DNA of 64,000 nucleotides from Strigamia acuminata (Eukaryota): NCBI GenBank assembly GCA_949358305.1, contig OX442314.1, positions 30,008,001 to 30,072,000 of the forward strand, read 5' to 3'. Shown piece by piece: positions 24,918 to 37,136 of this stretch (position 1 is its first letter; each line of letters starts with the position of its first letter). The notes under the pieces were generated by a model. It saw only the letters and a program-made list of their open reading frames with translations, ran no database searches and was not told where the DNA came from. The position numbers and the translations under genes were made by a program.

Positions 24918-25082
24918 ATATTTCAACCCGTGTTTTTCCACTCAATCCAAGCATCTGGAATCCAACAACTTTTACATAAATTTTTATGACTTCGTTAAAC
25001 ACAAATTTTGTATAAATATCGAAGCCGTCTGAATGAAATACATTGCAAGCCACTTCGCGCGCTGTACCGACATTCATCCAAA

Positions 25083-26034
25083 ATGAAAATATTCTTCCTA
25101 ATCCTAACTTTGACATTTTGTCAAATAACTGCTGCTGCTGAAAAGGTAAGAAAAAGCTTCTGCCCCCAAATTAAGTTAGCCTTCACTGCAGAGCATTCCC
25201 ATTTACTGTTTTTCTATATTTTTCTCTTTAATTTATTTTACTAATTTCCATGTCCTTTCTCAACAGTGTGATGTAACGGGGCGTGCAATAAACGCCACGT
25301 GCCAGTATTTATTCAAAAACCTACGTGATCCTACATTATATCGCGAACACATTGATTATACAGTAAGTTTGTTTTAAAGAAATATTTGAGCAAAATACAA
25401 CTAACGAAAAAATAATAATTTCTAGTTTACCTTTAGATTATGTCAGTGTATTGATGGCATCTTTAATCAAACGGTAATTACACAATCGCATTGATTGATT
25501 CACTTCCGCTACTTGTCAAAAGTTGTCATTCTTAATTATTTTAGATTAACCCATGCAAAAGACACCAATATGACTTTGCGGTTTTACCTCATTGCAAAAC
25601 TTTTATTAAATCCGTACGTGTCGCTATTTTCCCCATTCATTTTTAGAATTAAAAAAAAAATCATTTTATATAATTTTTAATTACAGGAAAACTACGTCAA
25701 ATTTGCTGAGAACAAAATAATTCCCACTGCGATTAATCTGCTCTTTAGGGATGCAATTGATGTGTGCTCAAAACGCGACTTCGAAGTTCATTGTGGCTTA
25801 CATAACTTTCTCAGAGACGAAGGTCCTGCATTATTCATCCGTAAATTATTTAGTTTATTTTTTTTTAAAGTCATATTTATCTGAAGTCCTTGTTTAAGTT
25901 TAGAAGCGTTAGTAACATTACTATTCCCTCGAGAAGAAGCTGTTGCATTCAACATGTGTTACAGGCAACTTCGGCAAAATATGCTAATTAAACATCATAA
26001 CGAATGCATGTTTCATTTAAAGAAATCTAATTAA
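25083..26034 (+). CDS. Secreted protein subtype B copy 2 (186 aa, 10 mature Cys, intact)
   Basis: Exons 25083-25145, 25267-25362, 25426-25473, 25545-25613, 25687-25840, 25904-26034. Has a 7-aa insertion in exon 2 and an extended C-terminus. Confidence 0.85.
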
Positions 26035-26429
26035 TGCGAAAATAAACAATATCTAGAGAATCAATCGTTGGAGTCAATAATCTCGTCAAAAAAAAATCAT
26101 TTAGAATCGAAGAAATACAACAGTTGGGTGCACAATAATTAAATCAAGGAGGACAGAATCGAAAGCGCTTTACTGTATTTTTTGAAATTGTCACATTTCG
26201 CGCTGCTGTTGTGGCAATATTTTTGCCACATGGTTTCTGCTGGTAAAACCTGGAAGCGCTTTTGATACAATTTGGAGAATGCTAACTTTGAATAAATAAA
26301 TGAATAATATACCATACAAAACACTCACAATTTTTTTCCAGGCAAACTGTATGATTATGCGAACAATGTCACACACGATAGCGGGCAGGATTTGAAAACA
26401 AGTTACCTTGGCTAGTTGTTGCGTCTGGA

Positions 26430-26545
26430 GTCTAGACCACGTTCGTTTCGTTTTCCATATTGTCGTGACTAACATCGCGCGGAAATAATCACTTCCGGCC
26501 TTCAAAATGCTCGTGTGCGCCGGGCAGGACACATCCATCTAGACA
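26430..26545 (-). pseudogene. BTB/POZ domain fragment
   Basis: CPAHTSILKAGSDYFRAML resembles BTB 'AH..VL.A.S.YF.AM'. No complete gene is recoverable. Confidence 0.45.
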
Positions 26546-27046
26546 TTCCGAATTGTAGAGGTTGTTCGACCGTGGTTCGACAGTATCGCAGTTGATTTTC
26601 CATGTTTGCTAAAAATGCACGAGCTACACACCGCATGGTGCCGCATGATCTAACCAAAACATGGCTGCCACTAACTTCCTTTTCAAATAAAAATATAAAA
26701 CTATAAACACGTTTTTATTACTTAAAAATCATGGTATTTTTAAATAGTTCACAAAATACCATGCAAAAAAAATATATATACATCTGTATAAATATAGTAT
26801 ATAAAACAAAAAAAAAATAAAAATAATTTATTAAAATAATCTCTTGTCAGTTTGATTGTACCAATATTTTAATATATCTACATAATTCAATTTCTTCAAT
26901 AAATTATTCTTACATTATCTACAGTTTTAAAACAAAAAAAATAAAATTCAAATTATTTTCTGGGCAGGATGCAGCCTGAATCATTCTTCCATTTTGGCAT
27001 AATTTTGCAGCACATTCACGAGTCAATAGAAATGTCTTGACAATTT

Positions 27047-27282
27047 TCATCTGCTCTCTAGTTCCATTGACATTTTTAACGCGGCTTCCAGCATCGCCTC
27101 TTCCGAGAAGTCGTCCGACACTGACACTGACGCCGACGCCTTCGCGCTGCTCGCACTCTGCCGGTCAGAGGCGCAGCTGTTGGTGTCTTCCGATGTTTGT
27201 GTTTGTTTGCACCGGAGTTCCGTATACTCGTTTGTGTCGTCAGGATCATTGTTTGAACCTGATGGTAAGTTGGAATTATATT
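27047..27282 (-). pseudogene. ATXN3: Ataxin-3 last exon only (duplication remnant)
   Basis: Near-identical to 60037-60272. Homology stops in the intron at about 27530, at the minisatellite. Confidence 0.85.
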
Positions 27283-27560
27283 CTGGCAAGAATAAATCAA
27301 TAAATTGATGCTATATCAATTCATTTTGTGATTAAATTCAACTTAATTTATCAAATATACGGTATTTACTTTACAATTCGAAATCATTAAAAACTTACAT
27401 TTTTTTTACGTTAAAATTCACATTTATTGAATTTTACGTTACATTAAGAATTAAAAATTCGAATTTTTACGATCTATTTTGCATTAAAATTTCGTATATT
27501 AATAATTTACGTTATATTTTGCGTTAAAATTGTTCAAAAATAAAGAATTTTGATTCCATA

Positions 27561-28391
27561 ATATCAATTTTTTGTTGAAAAATATCAATTTTTTGTTGAA
27601 AAATATCAATTTTTTGTTGAAAAATATCAATTTTTTGTTGAAAAATATCAATTTTTTGTTGAAAAATATCAATTTTTTGTTGAAAAATATCTATTTTTTG
27701 TTGAAAAATATCAATTTTTTGTTGAAAAATATCTATTTTTTGTTGAAAAATATCTATTTTTTGTTGAAAAATATCAATTTTTTGTTGAAAAATATCAATT
27801 TTTTGTTGAAAAATATCAATTTTTTGTTGAAAAATATCAATTTTTTGTTGAAAAATATCAATTTTTTGTTGAAAAATATCAATTTTTTGTTTAAAAATAT
27901 CAATTTTTTGTTTAAAAATATCAATTTTTTGTTGAAAAATATCAATTTTTTGTTGAAAAATATCAATTTTTTGTTGAAAAATATCAATTTTTTGTTGAAA
28001 AATATCAATTTTTTGTTGAAAAATATCAATTTTTTGTTGAAAAATATCTATTTTTTGTTGAAAAATATCAATTTTTTGTTGAAAAATATCAATTTTTTGT
28101 TGAAAAATATCAATTTTTTGTTGAAAAATATCAATTTTTTGTTGAAAAATATCAATTTTTTGTTGAAAAATATCAATTTTTTGTTGAAAAATATCAATTT
28201 TTTGTTGAAAAATATCAATTTTTTGTTGAAAAATATCAATTTTTTGTTGAAAAATATCTATTTTTTGTTGAAAAATATCAATTTTTTGTTGAAAAATATC
28301 TATTTTTTGTTGAAAAATATCAATTTTTTGTTGAAAAATATCAATTTTTTGTTGAAAAATATCAATTTTTTGTTGAAAAATATCAATTTTT
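27561..28391. repeat. 21-bp minisatellite ATATCAATTTTTTGTTGAAAA, about 39 copies
   Basis: Homogeneous tandem array that gives the spurious (LKNINFL)n ORF. Confidence 0.95.
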
Positions 28392-29196
28392 AATACAAAA
28401 TTTATTTTTTCCTAAAAAAAATTCCTATTGGTGTTTAGCCGGAGTGTAACACTGTTTTCACCTACCCAAACCCATGGTGGGGTCACCAAAAAATCATTTA
28501 ATATAATATATATAATAACATAAAAATATTAGGAATAATTTTCTAAATTTAGATGAATATATATAAATGCAATTATCACACAGCTGTTATTTTTTTTAAC
28601 CATAATTAATTTAATCACTCTGACTACGTCATTTCAAATTAGCTCGATTGAACGCTTTTTTTATGTCTCAAAAACTCAATAAGTCAATTAACTCTAAGAC
28701 CACAAACTGTTTACTTTTTCATAAATTTTTATGATTTCATTAAACAAAAATTATTGTATAAATATCGAAGCCGTCTACATGAAATACGAAACCAACATTC
28801 ATCCAAAATGAAAATATTCTTCTTAATCCTAACTTTGACATTTTGTCAAATAACTACTGCTGCTGAAACGGTAAGAAAAAGCTATTCTGCCCCCAAATTT
28901 AGGTTAGGCTCCACCGCACACCATCCCCAAGCCATTCCCTCTAACTTTATTAAATTTCTTTTCTGTTTTTCTATATTTTTGAAATAATTTATTGTACTAA
29001 TTGCCACTTTCTTTCTCAACAGTGTGACTCAACGAAGAAGGGATCAGAACAAGGGTGCACTTATTTCACCTCCAAAGTCAAGGATTTAAACGTAAGTTAA
29101 ATTATATCAAAGAAATGTTTCAGCAAAATTCAACTAAAAAAATTAAATTTCTATAGTTAGCCAATGTGATGTGTGGCTGTGCTGCTGGCGGCTTCC

Positions 29197-32100
29197 TGAT
29201 GGTAATGTGGTGAAATAATGGACATCGGTTTAATAAACGAAAAAGTGGTGCTTTATTGTCGAAAGCGTACGACCAAGTGCGACATTGAATTATGCCGGCA
29301 AGGTCGCGTACAAAGAAAAACTATATACGTCACAAGGACGAAACACACGGGTTACTCATAGGAACAATCATTACAGGTGTTCTATCTACATTCTCCTCCA
29401 GAATTCCTGTAATGACTGTTCCTGTACAATGTATAATCTCAAAAGAACATCATAAATTAAACAATAAATCTCCTATGCTTCTTCAGGTTCTTCCAGAATC
29501 CGTAACTGCATCAGGCATGATTTGATCTTTGGCGCTGAAAGTTTCTTTGTCAATAGATCTGCCTGCATCTCATCTGTTGGAACCTGTTGAATTAAAATAT
29601 CATTAGTTTTTAATTCTTCTCGAATAAAATAAAATTTTCTGTTGAGCAATTTCGTCCTCATTTTTTGAGTTGGATTCTTCCATAATTGAAATGCTCCTGA
29701 GTTATCGTTGTAGATAACCTCTTTGCCCATTACTCTGTTTGGACTTAATTCTTTCAACAATTCCTTGGTCCAAATTAGCTCCGATAATGCATCCGTGATT
29801 GCTCCTAGCTCGCTCTCGGTTGATGACATGGCAACTGAGCGTTGTTTGTTGCTACGCCAATTTAGAAGTGACGATCCATCTTTTATCACATACCCCGAAT
29901 ATGATTTCGCATCCGATGTTGCGTTCCATGACGCATCGGCATACGAATGTAAATTCCCTTCCTCTTTGCGAAAGGTGAGACCGTATGTGCTTGTTCCCTT
30001 GATGTATCGCAACAACTTCTTTACCGCTTGATGGTGAATCTCTCTGGGATCGCAGTTGTACTGCGCGAGAGCGCTTGCTGGGTAGCTAATGTCTGGCCTC
30101 GAACCAGTCGCCAGGTACATTATCGAGCCAATCATCTCTTGATACTTCGTAGCATCAAATTTCGGACTAGATTCAAATTCATCCAAATCCTGGCTAACGT
30201 CCATTGGCGTATATACGCTGTTGCAATCAGGAAGTCCAAATCTTGTTAGAATCTTCTGGACATAACCTTGCTGTGTCAAAACGATTTGGTTCCTCTGCTG
30301 ATCAATTTCGAGTCCCAAAATAAAGGTTAACTTTCCTAAGTGAATTAACTCGATTTGTTTTGCAAGTTGGGATAGAATTTCCTTTTTAAGTGCTGGATCA
30401 GAGCAAAGTCTGATAATGTCATCGACATAAATTCCCATGTATAGGAATTCTTTTCCACGCCTCAAAATGTAGAGACACGGGTCACAAGTTGATTGTTGAA
30501 ATCCAACACTAATCAGCGCTTTGTGTAATGTTTCATACCAACATCTGCCACTCTGGCGTAAGCCATAAATACTCTTCTTGAGTTTACAGACTTTCTTGCC
30601 CTTGCGCGTTTTGTATCCCTCCGGTTCTTGCATGAAAATGACTTCGTCCAGTATTCCATGCAAATAAGCTGTTTTCACATCGTCCTGTTCTAATTCCAAA
30701 CCCTCTTTAGCTGCGATGCTAATCAACATTCTGAGCGTCTCCATTCTGATTACTGGGGAATAGGTTTCTTCGAAATCAATTCCAGGACGCTGTGAATAAC
30801 CGGTCGCCACTAAACGTGCTTTGTAACGATCCAATTTTCCAGATTTATTAAGTTTAAGTCGATATACCCATTTCGATTTAACTATCGGTTGACCTTTGGG
30901 TACGTCCACTGTGTCCCACACGTCATGCTCCTCCATGGACTTCATTTCCTCGTCCATCGCTTGTTTCCATTTTGCATGTTGTGGTGATCTCATTGCCTCA
31001 TTGTATGACTTTGGTGTTTGCATTGCTATTTGTTCTGCCAAATGTGCAAAATTACATTTTGCTTTCTTCTGCAGACGCTTAGATTTACGAGTTCCAGAAG
31101 TGCTCGCTCCATTGTCCTGAGTTTCGGAATTTTTCCTTTTCTTAGCTGCAATGGCGTCTTTGGTAGTTCCCTTAGGGCGTCCAACCTTTCGTGGTACGGG
31201 CGCTTCCTCTGGTGTGGACTCACTTTCCGATTCAGCCGAGAGAAAGTCCGATGTCTGGTCACGGGTTGATGATTCAGACGATTCCGGTAACTCTTGTGCA
31301 AGCCATTCATCTTCTGACGAATCCCCTTCTGGTACGATCTCCTCATGCTGGTCTATAATGGGCGGTGTAATGTCCATTTGTACAATTTCGTTGTTGTCTT
31401 TGTGTCGTGACTTCTTGTGATGTGGCAACAAATCATATCCAAGTGTGTTTTCGTCAAATTTGACATTTCGTGCCTCTGTAACACGATGCATGTGTGGCAC
31501 GTAGATCCTGTAGGCTTTTCTCTTTCGCGAATAGCCGACAAAAATCCCAATGATGGTCTTCGAACCCAATTTGGTTTGTTGCGGTTTGGGCTTAAGGACG
31601 TAAGCTTTACATCCGAATCGTCTCAAAAACTTCACTGTAGGGATTCTTGATGACCACACATATTCCGGTATCTTGTTATGGTATGACGACTTACACAAGT
31701 TCCTGGTTCGAACTGCTACATGTATTGCTTCTCCCCAAAAACGTTTTGGTAATTTGGCATCCAAAACCAAAGTTCTTGTGGTTTCCATGATTGTTCTGTT
31801 TGCCCTTTCGGCTGCGCCATTACTAGCAGGGCTATGGGGAACTGTGAGCTCATGCTTGATGCCTTTCTTCTTGAAAAAGACATTTAAAGTATTCGCAATA
31901 AACTCACCACCGTTATCGCTGCGAATCCTTTTCACTTTCTGGTTTTGTTGCGTTTCTTGTTGCAAAATAAAGTCCTGTAAAACAGAAGACGTTTCCCCTT
32001 TACGCGTGAGAATTTCCACGAAAATTTTTCGGCTGTAGTCGTCGACAATTGTCAACACGTATGCTCCATTTGAATAAGTGCTTGGATTAATCGGACCCAT

Positions 32101-34425
32101 CAAATCCACGTGCAACAATTCCAACGTTTGTTGCGACTGCTGCGTTTTGACTGTCTCATGTGGCGAGGCTGCTTGCTTCCCCGCAATGCATGACTCACAA
32201 ATGTCTTCCGACTTTTTCTTCGGCATTTCCAAACCTCGGACCAAATTTTCTTGCTCCATCTCCTTCAAAGTGTTGAGATTAACATGGGCGAGTCGCTTGT
32301 GCCACATTTGTTGCGTTACGACGTTTGCTTCTTGATATGTCTCAAGGTGTCGAATACTCATGTCTCGCAAAATGTAGCTGTTGCCACTACGTTGAATATC
32401 TGCGATGATTTGATTCTTTTCTGTTAGAATGCGTGCCGACTTCCGAGTAAATAATACGTTCAACCCACTATCGACTATCTTCGGCACTGACAGCAGTTGT
32501 GTTTTTAAATCGGGGACATATAAAACTTCAGTCAACGTTAATTTCGATTCCTTAGTTTCTAGCTCCACTGTCCCTATTCCTTCAGATTTTAATTCTAATC
32601 CTTTACCAGCCAGTCCAATGTTTTGAATTTCCGGGCTTAATTGTTTAAAACTGTCTTTTTGGAATGACATGTGGCTTGAAGCGCCAGAATCGAGTAACCA
32701 ATCGAGTGAAAAAGTGAATTCCTCTTCTTCCGGTTTGCTATTGTCAACATGAAAAGTGAATTCATACTTAACACCATCATCACGCTTTGTTGCCACAGAT
32801 GCCTGATTTTTGCCACGTCCTCGGTTACGCATATAGGACTGAGAGCGTTGTGTTGACTCCTCCTGGTCCTTTTCCTTCTTAGGACGCCAGCAATCCTTGG
32901 AGAAATGTCCCGGACGACCGCAATTGTAGCATTTGAAGTTTCCTTTCTTGTTTTTAGCTTTGAAAGCCTTTTCGGAATTTTCATGCGACTCGTCGCCTAC
33001 TTTACGACGCATTTTGTCCTCCAAATACTTCAGTTGTGTTCTCACTTCATCCAGGGTCAAATCCTTGATGGCTCCCAATGCATTTACACTTTGTTCAAAG
33101 GCAGGTCTCACCCCATTTAACACGTGAAGAGTAATCTCCCGATCAGACAATACTTTACCAAGCTCTGCGCTTTTATTTGCGATTCCCTCAGCCCGGTCGA
33201 AATAAGTGTCTATATCCTCTGTCTTACTCATTTTCAGTCTCATCAATTCGAATGAGCATGCAACCTGTTGTTCAGCTACTCTGCCGGCCATATGTTGCTC
33301 TATTTGAGTCCAAAGCGTCTTGGCATTTCGTTCTCTGCTGTAACGCATGGCTTGTTCTGCAGACAAAGTTAAAACAATTACTACCAAGGCTTGTGAATTC
33401 TTCTTGTTCCAAGCGGTCCATAGAGCCAATGCATCATCATAATTTGGTGCCCCTTGCACAGGTTGAGGTGGCGCATCAGCAATAATAGCTTCGTCCCATA
33501 ATTCTTTTACTTCGAGAATTGCACGCACCCGCATGCGCCAGAGAAAATAATTTTTATTGTTTAATTTCTCAATGTGACCAATATTTCCTAATATATTGTC
33601 CTGGGCGGCCATTATTGATGTTTGCCAACAAATAAATACAAAAATGCGAATTAATAGTTTTGTTTTTACAATAAATAAACGTGTACTTATCCACTTGTGT
33701 GCCCTTTAATCCGTAGGCACAATGGAGTTTCACAGCGAGGTTCCTACGAAAAAATTCCGTCACGTTCGTTCGACCGTTCGTATCGTGTCCTAATACGTTC
33801 CCGCGACGTGTTCGTCGTTTATTTTTCCGCACGTTTTTCCCGTGGTTTCGCTTCCAAAAAATCGTTGCCGCACGTTTTAAACCTACGACGTTTCTCCGAC
33901 GTTCTACACGACGTTCGTTTCCGTCGAAAAATATTGCGACGTCCGCACAGTTCAACGACTAGGCCTAATTGGGTCTTTATATTCGGCTCTTGCAGAAAAG
34001 CAAAAGAAAGTGTTATCGACAATTTATAACCAAGAATTTAATTACTTAGCTGAATTGGTGCCTTTATAATTCCTAGGCACACTTGAATTCACGTCCGGTC
34101 GTCCCTCGTTATATTCGCACGTTGCACAAACGTTTCCCGCAGTACATTCGCGTGCACGACGATTCCGCGACGAATTGTTGATAATTTCGCTTAAAACAAT
34201 CCAGCAAAGCCGAACCCCAATCTGCTACCACTGATGGTAATGTGGTGAAATAATGGACATCGGTTTAATAAACGAAAAAGTGGTGCTTTATTGTCGAAAG
34301 CGTACGACCAAGTGCGACATTGAATTATGCCGGCAAGGTCGCGTACAAAGAAAAACTATATACGTCACAAGGACGAAACACACGGGTTACTCATAGGAAC
34401 AATCATTACAGGTGTTCTATCTACA
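29197..34425 (-). mobile_element. Copia-1 LTR retrotransposon, structurally intact
   Basis: Identical 194-bp LTRs (29197-29390, 34232-34425), TSD CTTCC, PBS TGGTAGCAGA complementary to the tRNA-iMet 3' end, PPT next to 29390. Confidence 0.96.
29473..33612 (-). CDS. Copia Gag-Pol polyprotein, 1379 aa, uninterrupted
   Basis: CYNCGRPGHFSKDC, WLLDSGAS, WHKRLAH, RSDNGGEF, YVDD and ADLLTK in PR-IN-RT-RH order. Confidence 0.96.
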   Translation of the reverse strand: MAAQDNILGNIGHIEKLNNKNYFLWRMRVRAILEVKELWDEAIIADAPPQPVQGAPNYDDALALWTAWNKKNSQALVVIVLTLSAEQAMRYSRERNAKTLWTQIEQHMAGRVAEQQVACSFELMRLKMSKTEDIDTYFDRAEGIANKSAELGKVLSDREITLHVLNGVRPAFEQSVNALGAIKDLTLDEVRTQLKYLEDKMRRKVGDESHENSEKAFKAKNKKGNFKCYNCGRPGHFSKDCWRPKKEKDQEESTQRSQSYMRNRGRGKNQASVATKRDDGVKYEFTFHVDNSKPEEEEFTFSLDWLLDSGASSHMSFQKDSFKQLSPEIQNIGLAGKGLELKSEGIGTVELETKESKLTLTEVLYVPDLKTQLLSVPKIVDSGLNVLFTRKSARILTEKNQIIADIQRSGNSYILRDMSIRHLETYQEANVVTQQMWHKRLAHVNLNTLKEMEQENLVRGLEMPKKKSEDICESCIAGKQAASPHETVKTQQSQQTLELLHVDLMGPINPSTYSNGAYVLTIVDDYSRKIFVEILTRKGETSSVLQDFILQQETQQNQKVKRIRSDNGGEFIANTLNVFFKKKGIKHELTVPHSPASNGAAERANRTIMETTRTLVLDAKLPKRFWGEAIHVAVRTRNLCKSSYHNKIPEYVWSSRIPTVKFLRRFGCKAYVLKPKPQQTKLGSKTIIGIFVGYSRKRKAYRIYVPHMHRVTEARNVKFDENTLGYDLLPHHKKSRHKDNNEIVQMDITPPIIDQHEEIVPEGDSSEDEWLAQELPESSESSTRDQTSDFLSAESESESTPEEAPVPRKVGRPKGTTKDAIAAKKRKNSETQDNGASTSGTRKSKRLQKKAKCNFAHLAEQIAMQTPKSYNEAMRSPQHAKWKQAMDEEMKSMEEHDVWDTVDVPKGQPIVKSKWVYRLKLNKSGKLDRYKARLVATGYSQRPGIDFEETYSPVIRMETLRMLISIAAKEGLELEQDDVKTAYLHGILDEVIFMQEPEGYKTRKGKKVCKLKKSIYGLRQSGRCWYETLHKALISVGFQQSTCDPCLYILRRGKEFLYMGIYVDDIIRLCSDPALKKEILSQLAKQIELIHLGKLTFILGLEIDQQRNQIVLTQQGYVQKILTRFGLPDCNSVYTPMDVSQDLDEFESSPKFDATKYQEMIGSIMYLATGSRPDISYPASALAQYNCDPREIHHQAVKKLLRYIKGTSTYGLTFRKEEGNLHSYADASWNATSDAKSYSGYVIKDGSSLLNWRSNKQRSVAMSSTESELGAITDALSELIWTKELLKELSPNRVMGKEVIYNDNSGAFQLWKNPTQKMRTKLLNRKFYFIREELKTNDILIQQVPTDEMQADLLTKKLSAPKIKSCLMQLRILEEPEEA

Positions 34426-35085
34426 CTTCCAACGAATAGTAATAACACAATCACATTGATCGATTCACTTGATACTTGACAAAAGTTGTCATTCTTAATT
34501 CTTTTTAGGAAGAATATTGTAACCGAAAAGGGAATTTTGAAGCTCTACCTGCCTGTGGCACTTTTATTACTTCTGTAAGTGTAACTTCTTTTCTCTTTTT
34601 TTAGAAAAAGAAACCTAAAACCTTTGTATTTACAGACGACATACGACGCCATACTTAAAAGCGAATTAATCCACAAGGTTTTTGAAGTTATCTTAAGAGT
34701 GTTTGTAGGTATGTGCACAAATTCCGACGAGGAAATTCAGAAAAGTTTCAATAACATTTTCACAGACCCAACTTGGTACGGAGCTATTGGTAAATCATTC
34801 ATATTTAATTTTCAAAATTCATATTTATGTCATGTACTTATTTGTCTTTAGAAATGGTGATCGAGTTCTTGTTCGCTCAGCAAGGTGTTGCATTCAACAA
34901 GTGTTACGGCCAAATGCGGGGACTTATTAATCCTCCCAAATAAAAAATTTAATTTCAAATTAGAGAGATTTAAATTTGTGAAAATAAAGTAGAAACAATA
35001 AACAATCTTTGATTCATTTATTTACCCAACCAAAACCTACGCAAATTGTACACCCATCGCCCACGTCAAGTGCACTGAGTGGGTT

Positions 35086-36036
35086 TGTGGTGATCTCAAA
35101 ATATTCACCAACTTAGAAGATAAAATTAATTGTCTTCTAATTAATTTGACTGTGGCACACGCCAAGTCAGATCATGTGACCGAGGGGAGAAATCCTCTCT
35201 AGGCACATATCACCCCAGGTTGTCCGGGGTGAAAAACGGTTATTAGCCGTTATGGTGCAATATGGTGTAATAACCACTAGTTGCACCCATTTGAGCTAAG
35301 TGCGCAGGTTTTCTGCGCAATGTTGAAGCGTGCTGGGCTCACGCCTTGGCTCAAATCGGGACTCTTGACAAAAATACACAACCCACAACATCACTGCGAT
35401 ATCTGCTCCGACAATACGTATTGACAGTGGACCGTGTAACCGTCAAGTTTCACCAGCTTGCTTTGTAACGAATTACAAAGCCAGCTATCCTGCTTGAATT
35501 AGCCGAAGCTAATTCCAGCAATCGTAACCGAGAAGTTTCCCGACGATCGTGAACCATCGCCGTCGCTGCCGCGCGAACGACAGCCACCGCCATCGTACGA
35601 GAGCCGGACGCCTACAGCCGTCAACCACCGCCGCCGAGCCGTCGCACGAGCCGTGGAAGGAGCCCACGAGAACCATCGTCTTTGACCATCGTTCGTGAGT
35701 TCAGTAGAACGAAGACAATTTGCCTTCGCCTAACAACTGTGTGTTGTTTAAGCGCCATTTTTGACGCTTTGTAGCTTGCAACAGTCGTTGCAAGCCCTTC
35801 CTTTGTTTCATACTCATTATTACGCGACTTGTCGCACATTTTAACTAGTCATTGTAATTAAAACCGAATAAATACATATTTGTGATTTTTATACGAAAAA
35901 CTGTCTTTTTATTTCTTTCTTTAAACTTAACCCCTAGATAATTTAAGGCCGCCGATTGTAAGTCTTTTATAGCATTCACCTGCGGTTTCGTGCTTATTTA
36001 TTAGAAATAAGTGCGATAATAACCCGGATCGCAGCA
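35086..36036 (+). mobile_element. Solo LTR of the Gypsy-1 family
   Basis: Reverse complement of the 10903-11853 LTR with a few differences. TSD GGTT. The empty site is visible near 2040 and 58055. Confidence 0.93.
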
Positions 36037-36377
36037 GGTTTTATTTTTTTTCTGATAGAGCTTAATGAAAAATTATTTTTCATATTAAGAAAAAATAAAA
36101 TATGGGCCTTTATCATTGTTTAATAACAATCGCAACATCGGGTGTTGACAAGGCAAAGAATCATGGGAGTATGACGTTGTCAGTTCTCTAGTTCAGTTGA
36201 CCTGGAACTAGTTCCGAGCTTAGATTAGGTTAGGTTAGGTCTAAAAACTTGCATTGCGAACCTGGAATGTTCTCGATTCAACCACCCCGACGGGCTGGAA
36301 CATTTCCAGACAGGCCTTATCGGAATTCTTTAGGCGGGTCTACCCTGAAAACGGATTCAATGTGTGGAACATTCGCT

Positions 36378-36565
36378 CAGGGGCGGATCTAGCTTTTCAG
36401 GGGCCCTGGGCTCGAGGTTTTTTCGGGGCCCCTTTATTACAATTTTTAATAGCAACCTCTTTCTTTTTTTTTTTTTTTATTACATTGCCTTGTGTCTTGG
36501 GGGCCCCATAAAATTTGGGGGCCCTGGGCTCAAGCCCCATTAGCCCTATGCTAGATCCGCCCCTG
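36378..36565. mobile_element. MITE with 15-bp TIR CAGGGGCGGATCTAG
   Basis: Perfect inverted repeats at 36378-36392 and 36551-36565. Confidence 0.7.
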
Positions 36566-36599
36566 TCGATTAGGCAATTTAAGATTGTAATATTTTACA

Positions 36600-36790
36600 C
36601 AATCTAAAAATTGTGCGGATCAAACCAATTCGGCCGTACGAAACATAAGAACAGGCATACAATGTTCATTCAGGACGAAATAAAACTTGGGAATATCAAG
36701 CTGATTCATCTGCAGACAACGGAAATGATCGCAGACTTCTTGACCAAAGCGGTGGCCGAAGATAAATTTGCGGAGGGTCGAAAAGCGTAA
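36600..36790 (+). pseudogene. Copia RNase H relic (third copy)
   Basis: Near-identical to 2645-2821 and 23320-23510. Confidence 0.7.
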
Positions 36791-37136
36791 GCCATAGTTT
36801 ATTCATTTATTTATTTATTCGTTTTGATTGAATGTTAATATAAGTTTTACAAATTAAAACTAACGATGATTCATATGGAGGTTTGTTGGGCTATTATAAA
36901 AACGTAAGTTTTACAGATGTATGATGTAACAGCACAAAGCTCGCGTGTATTGTTACGGTTACCGTTACAGTAAAAACACTTGTCATTTTTTCGACTCAAT
37001 CCAAGCATCTGGAATCAAACAACTTTCACATAAATTTTTATGACTCCGTTAAACACAAATTTAGTATAAATGTCGAAGCCGTCTGAATTAAATCCATTGC
37101 AAGCCACTTCGCGCGCTCTACCGACATTCATCCAAA

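Larger units (their letters stand above)
28808..34943 (+). pseudogene. Secreted protein subtype A copy 2, exon 3 split by Copia-1, otherwise open
   Basis: Exons 28808-28870, 29023-29091, 29157-29196 + 34431-34438, 34509-34574, 34636-34789, 34852-34943. Removing the element and one CTTCC restores LANVMCGCAAGGFQRI. Confidence 0.88.

Noticed and set aside
27572..28393. 273-aa (LKNINFL)n ORF
   Set aside because: Stop-free reading of a 21-bp tandem repeat; no gene context.
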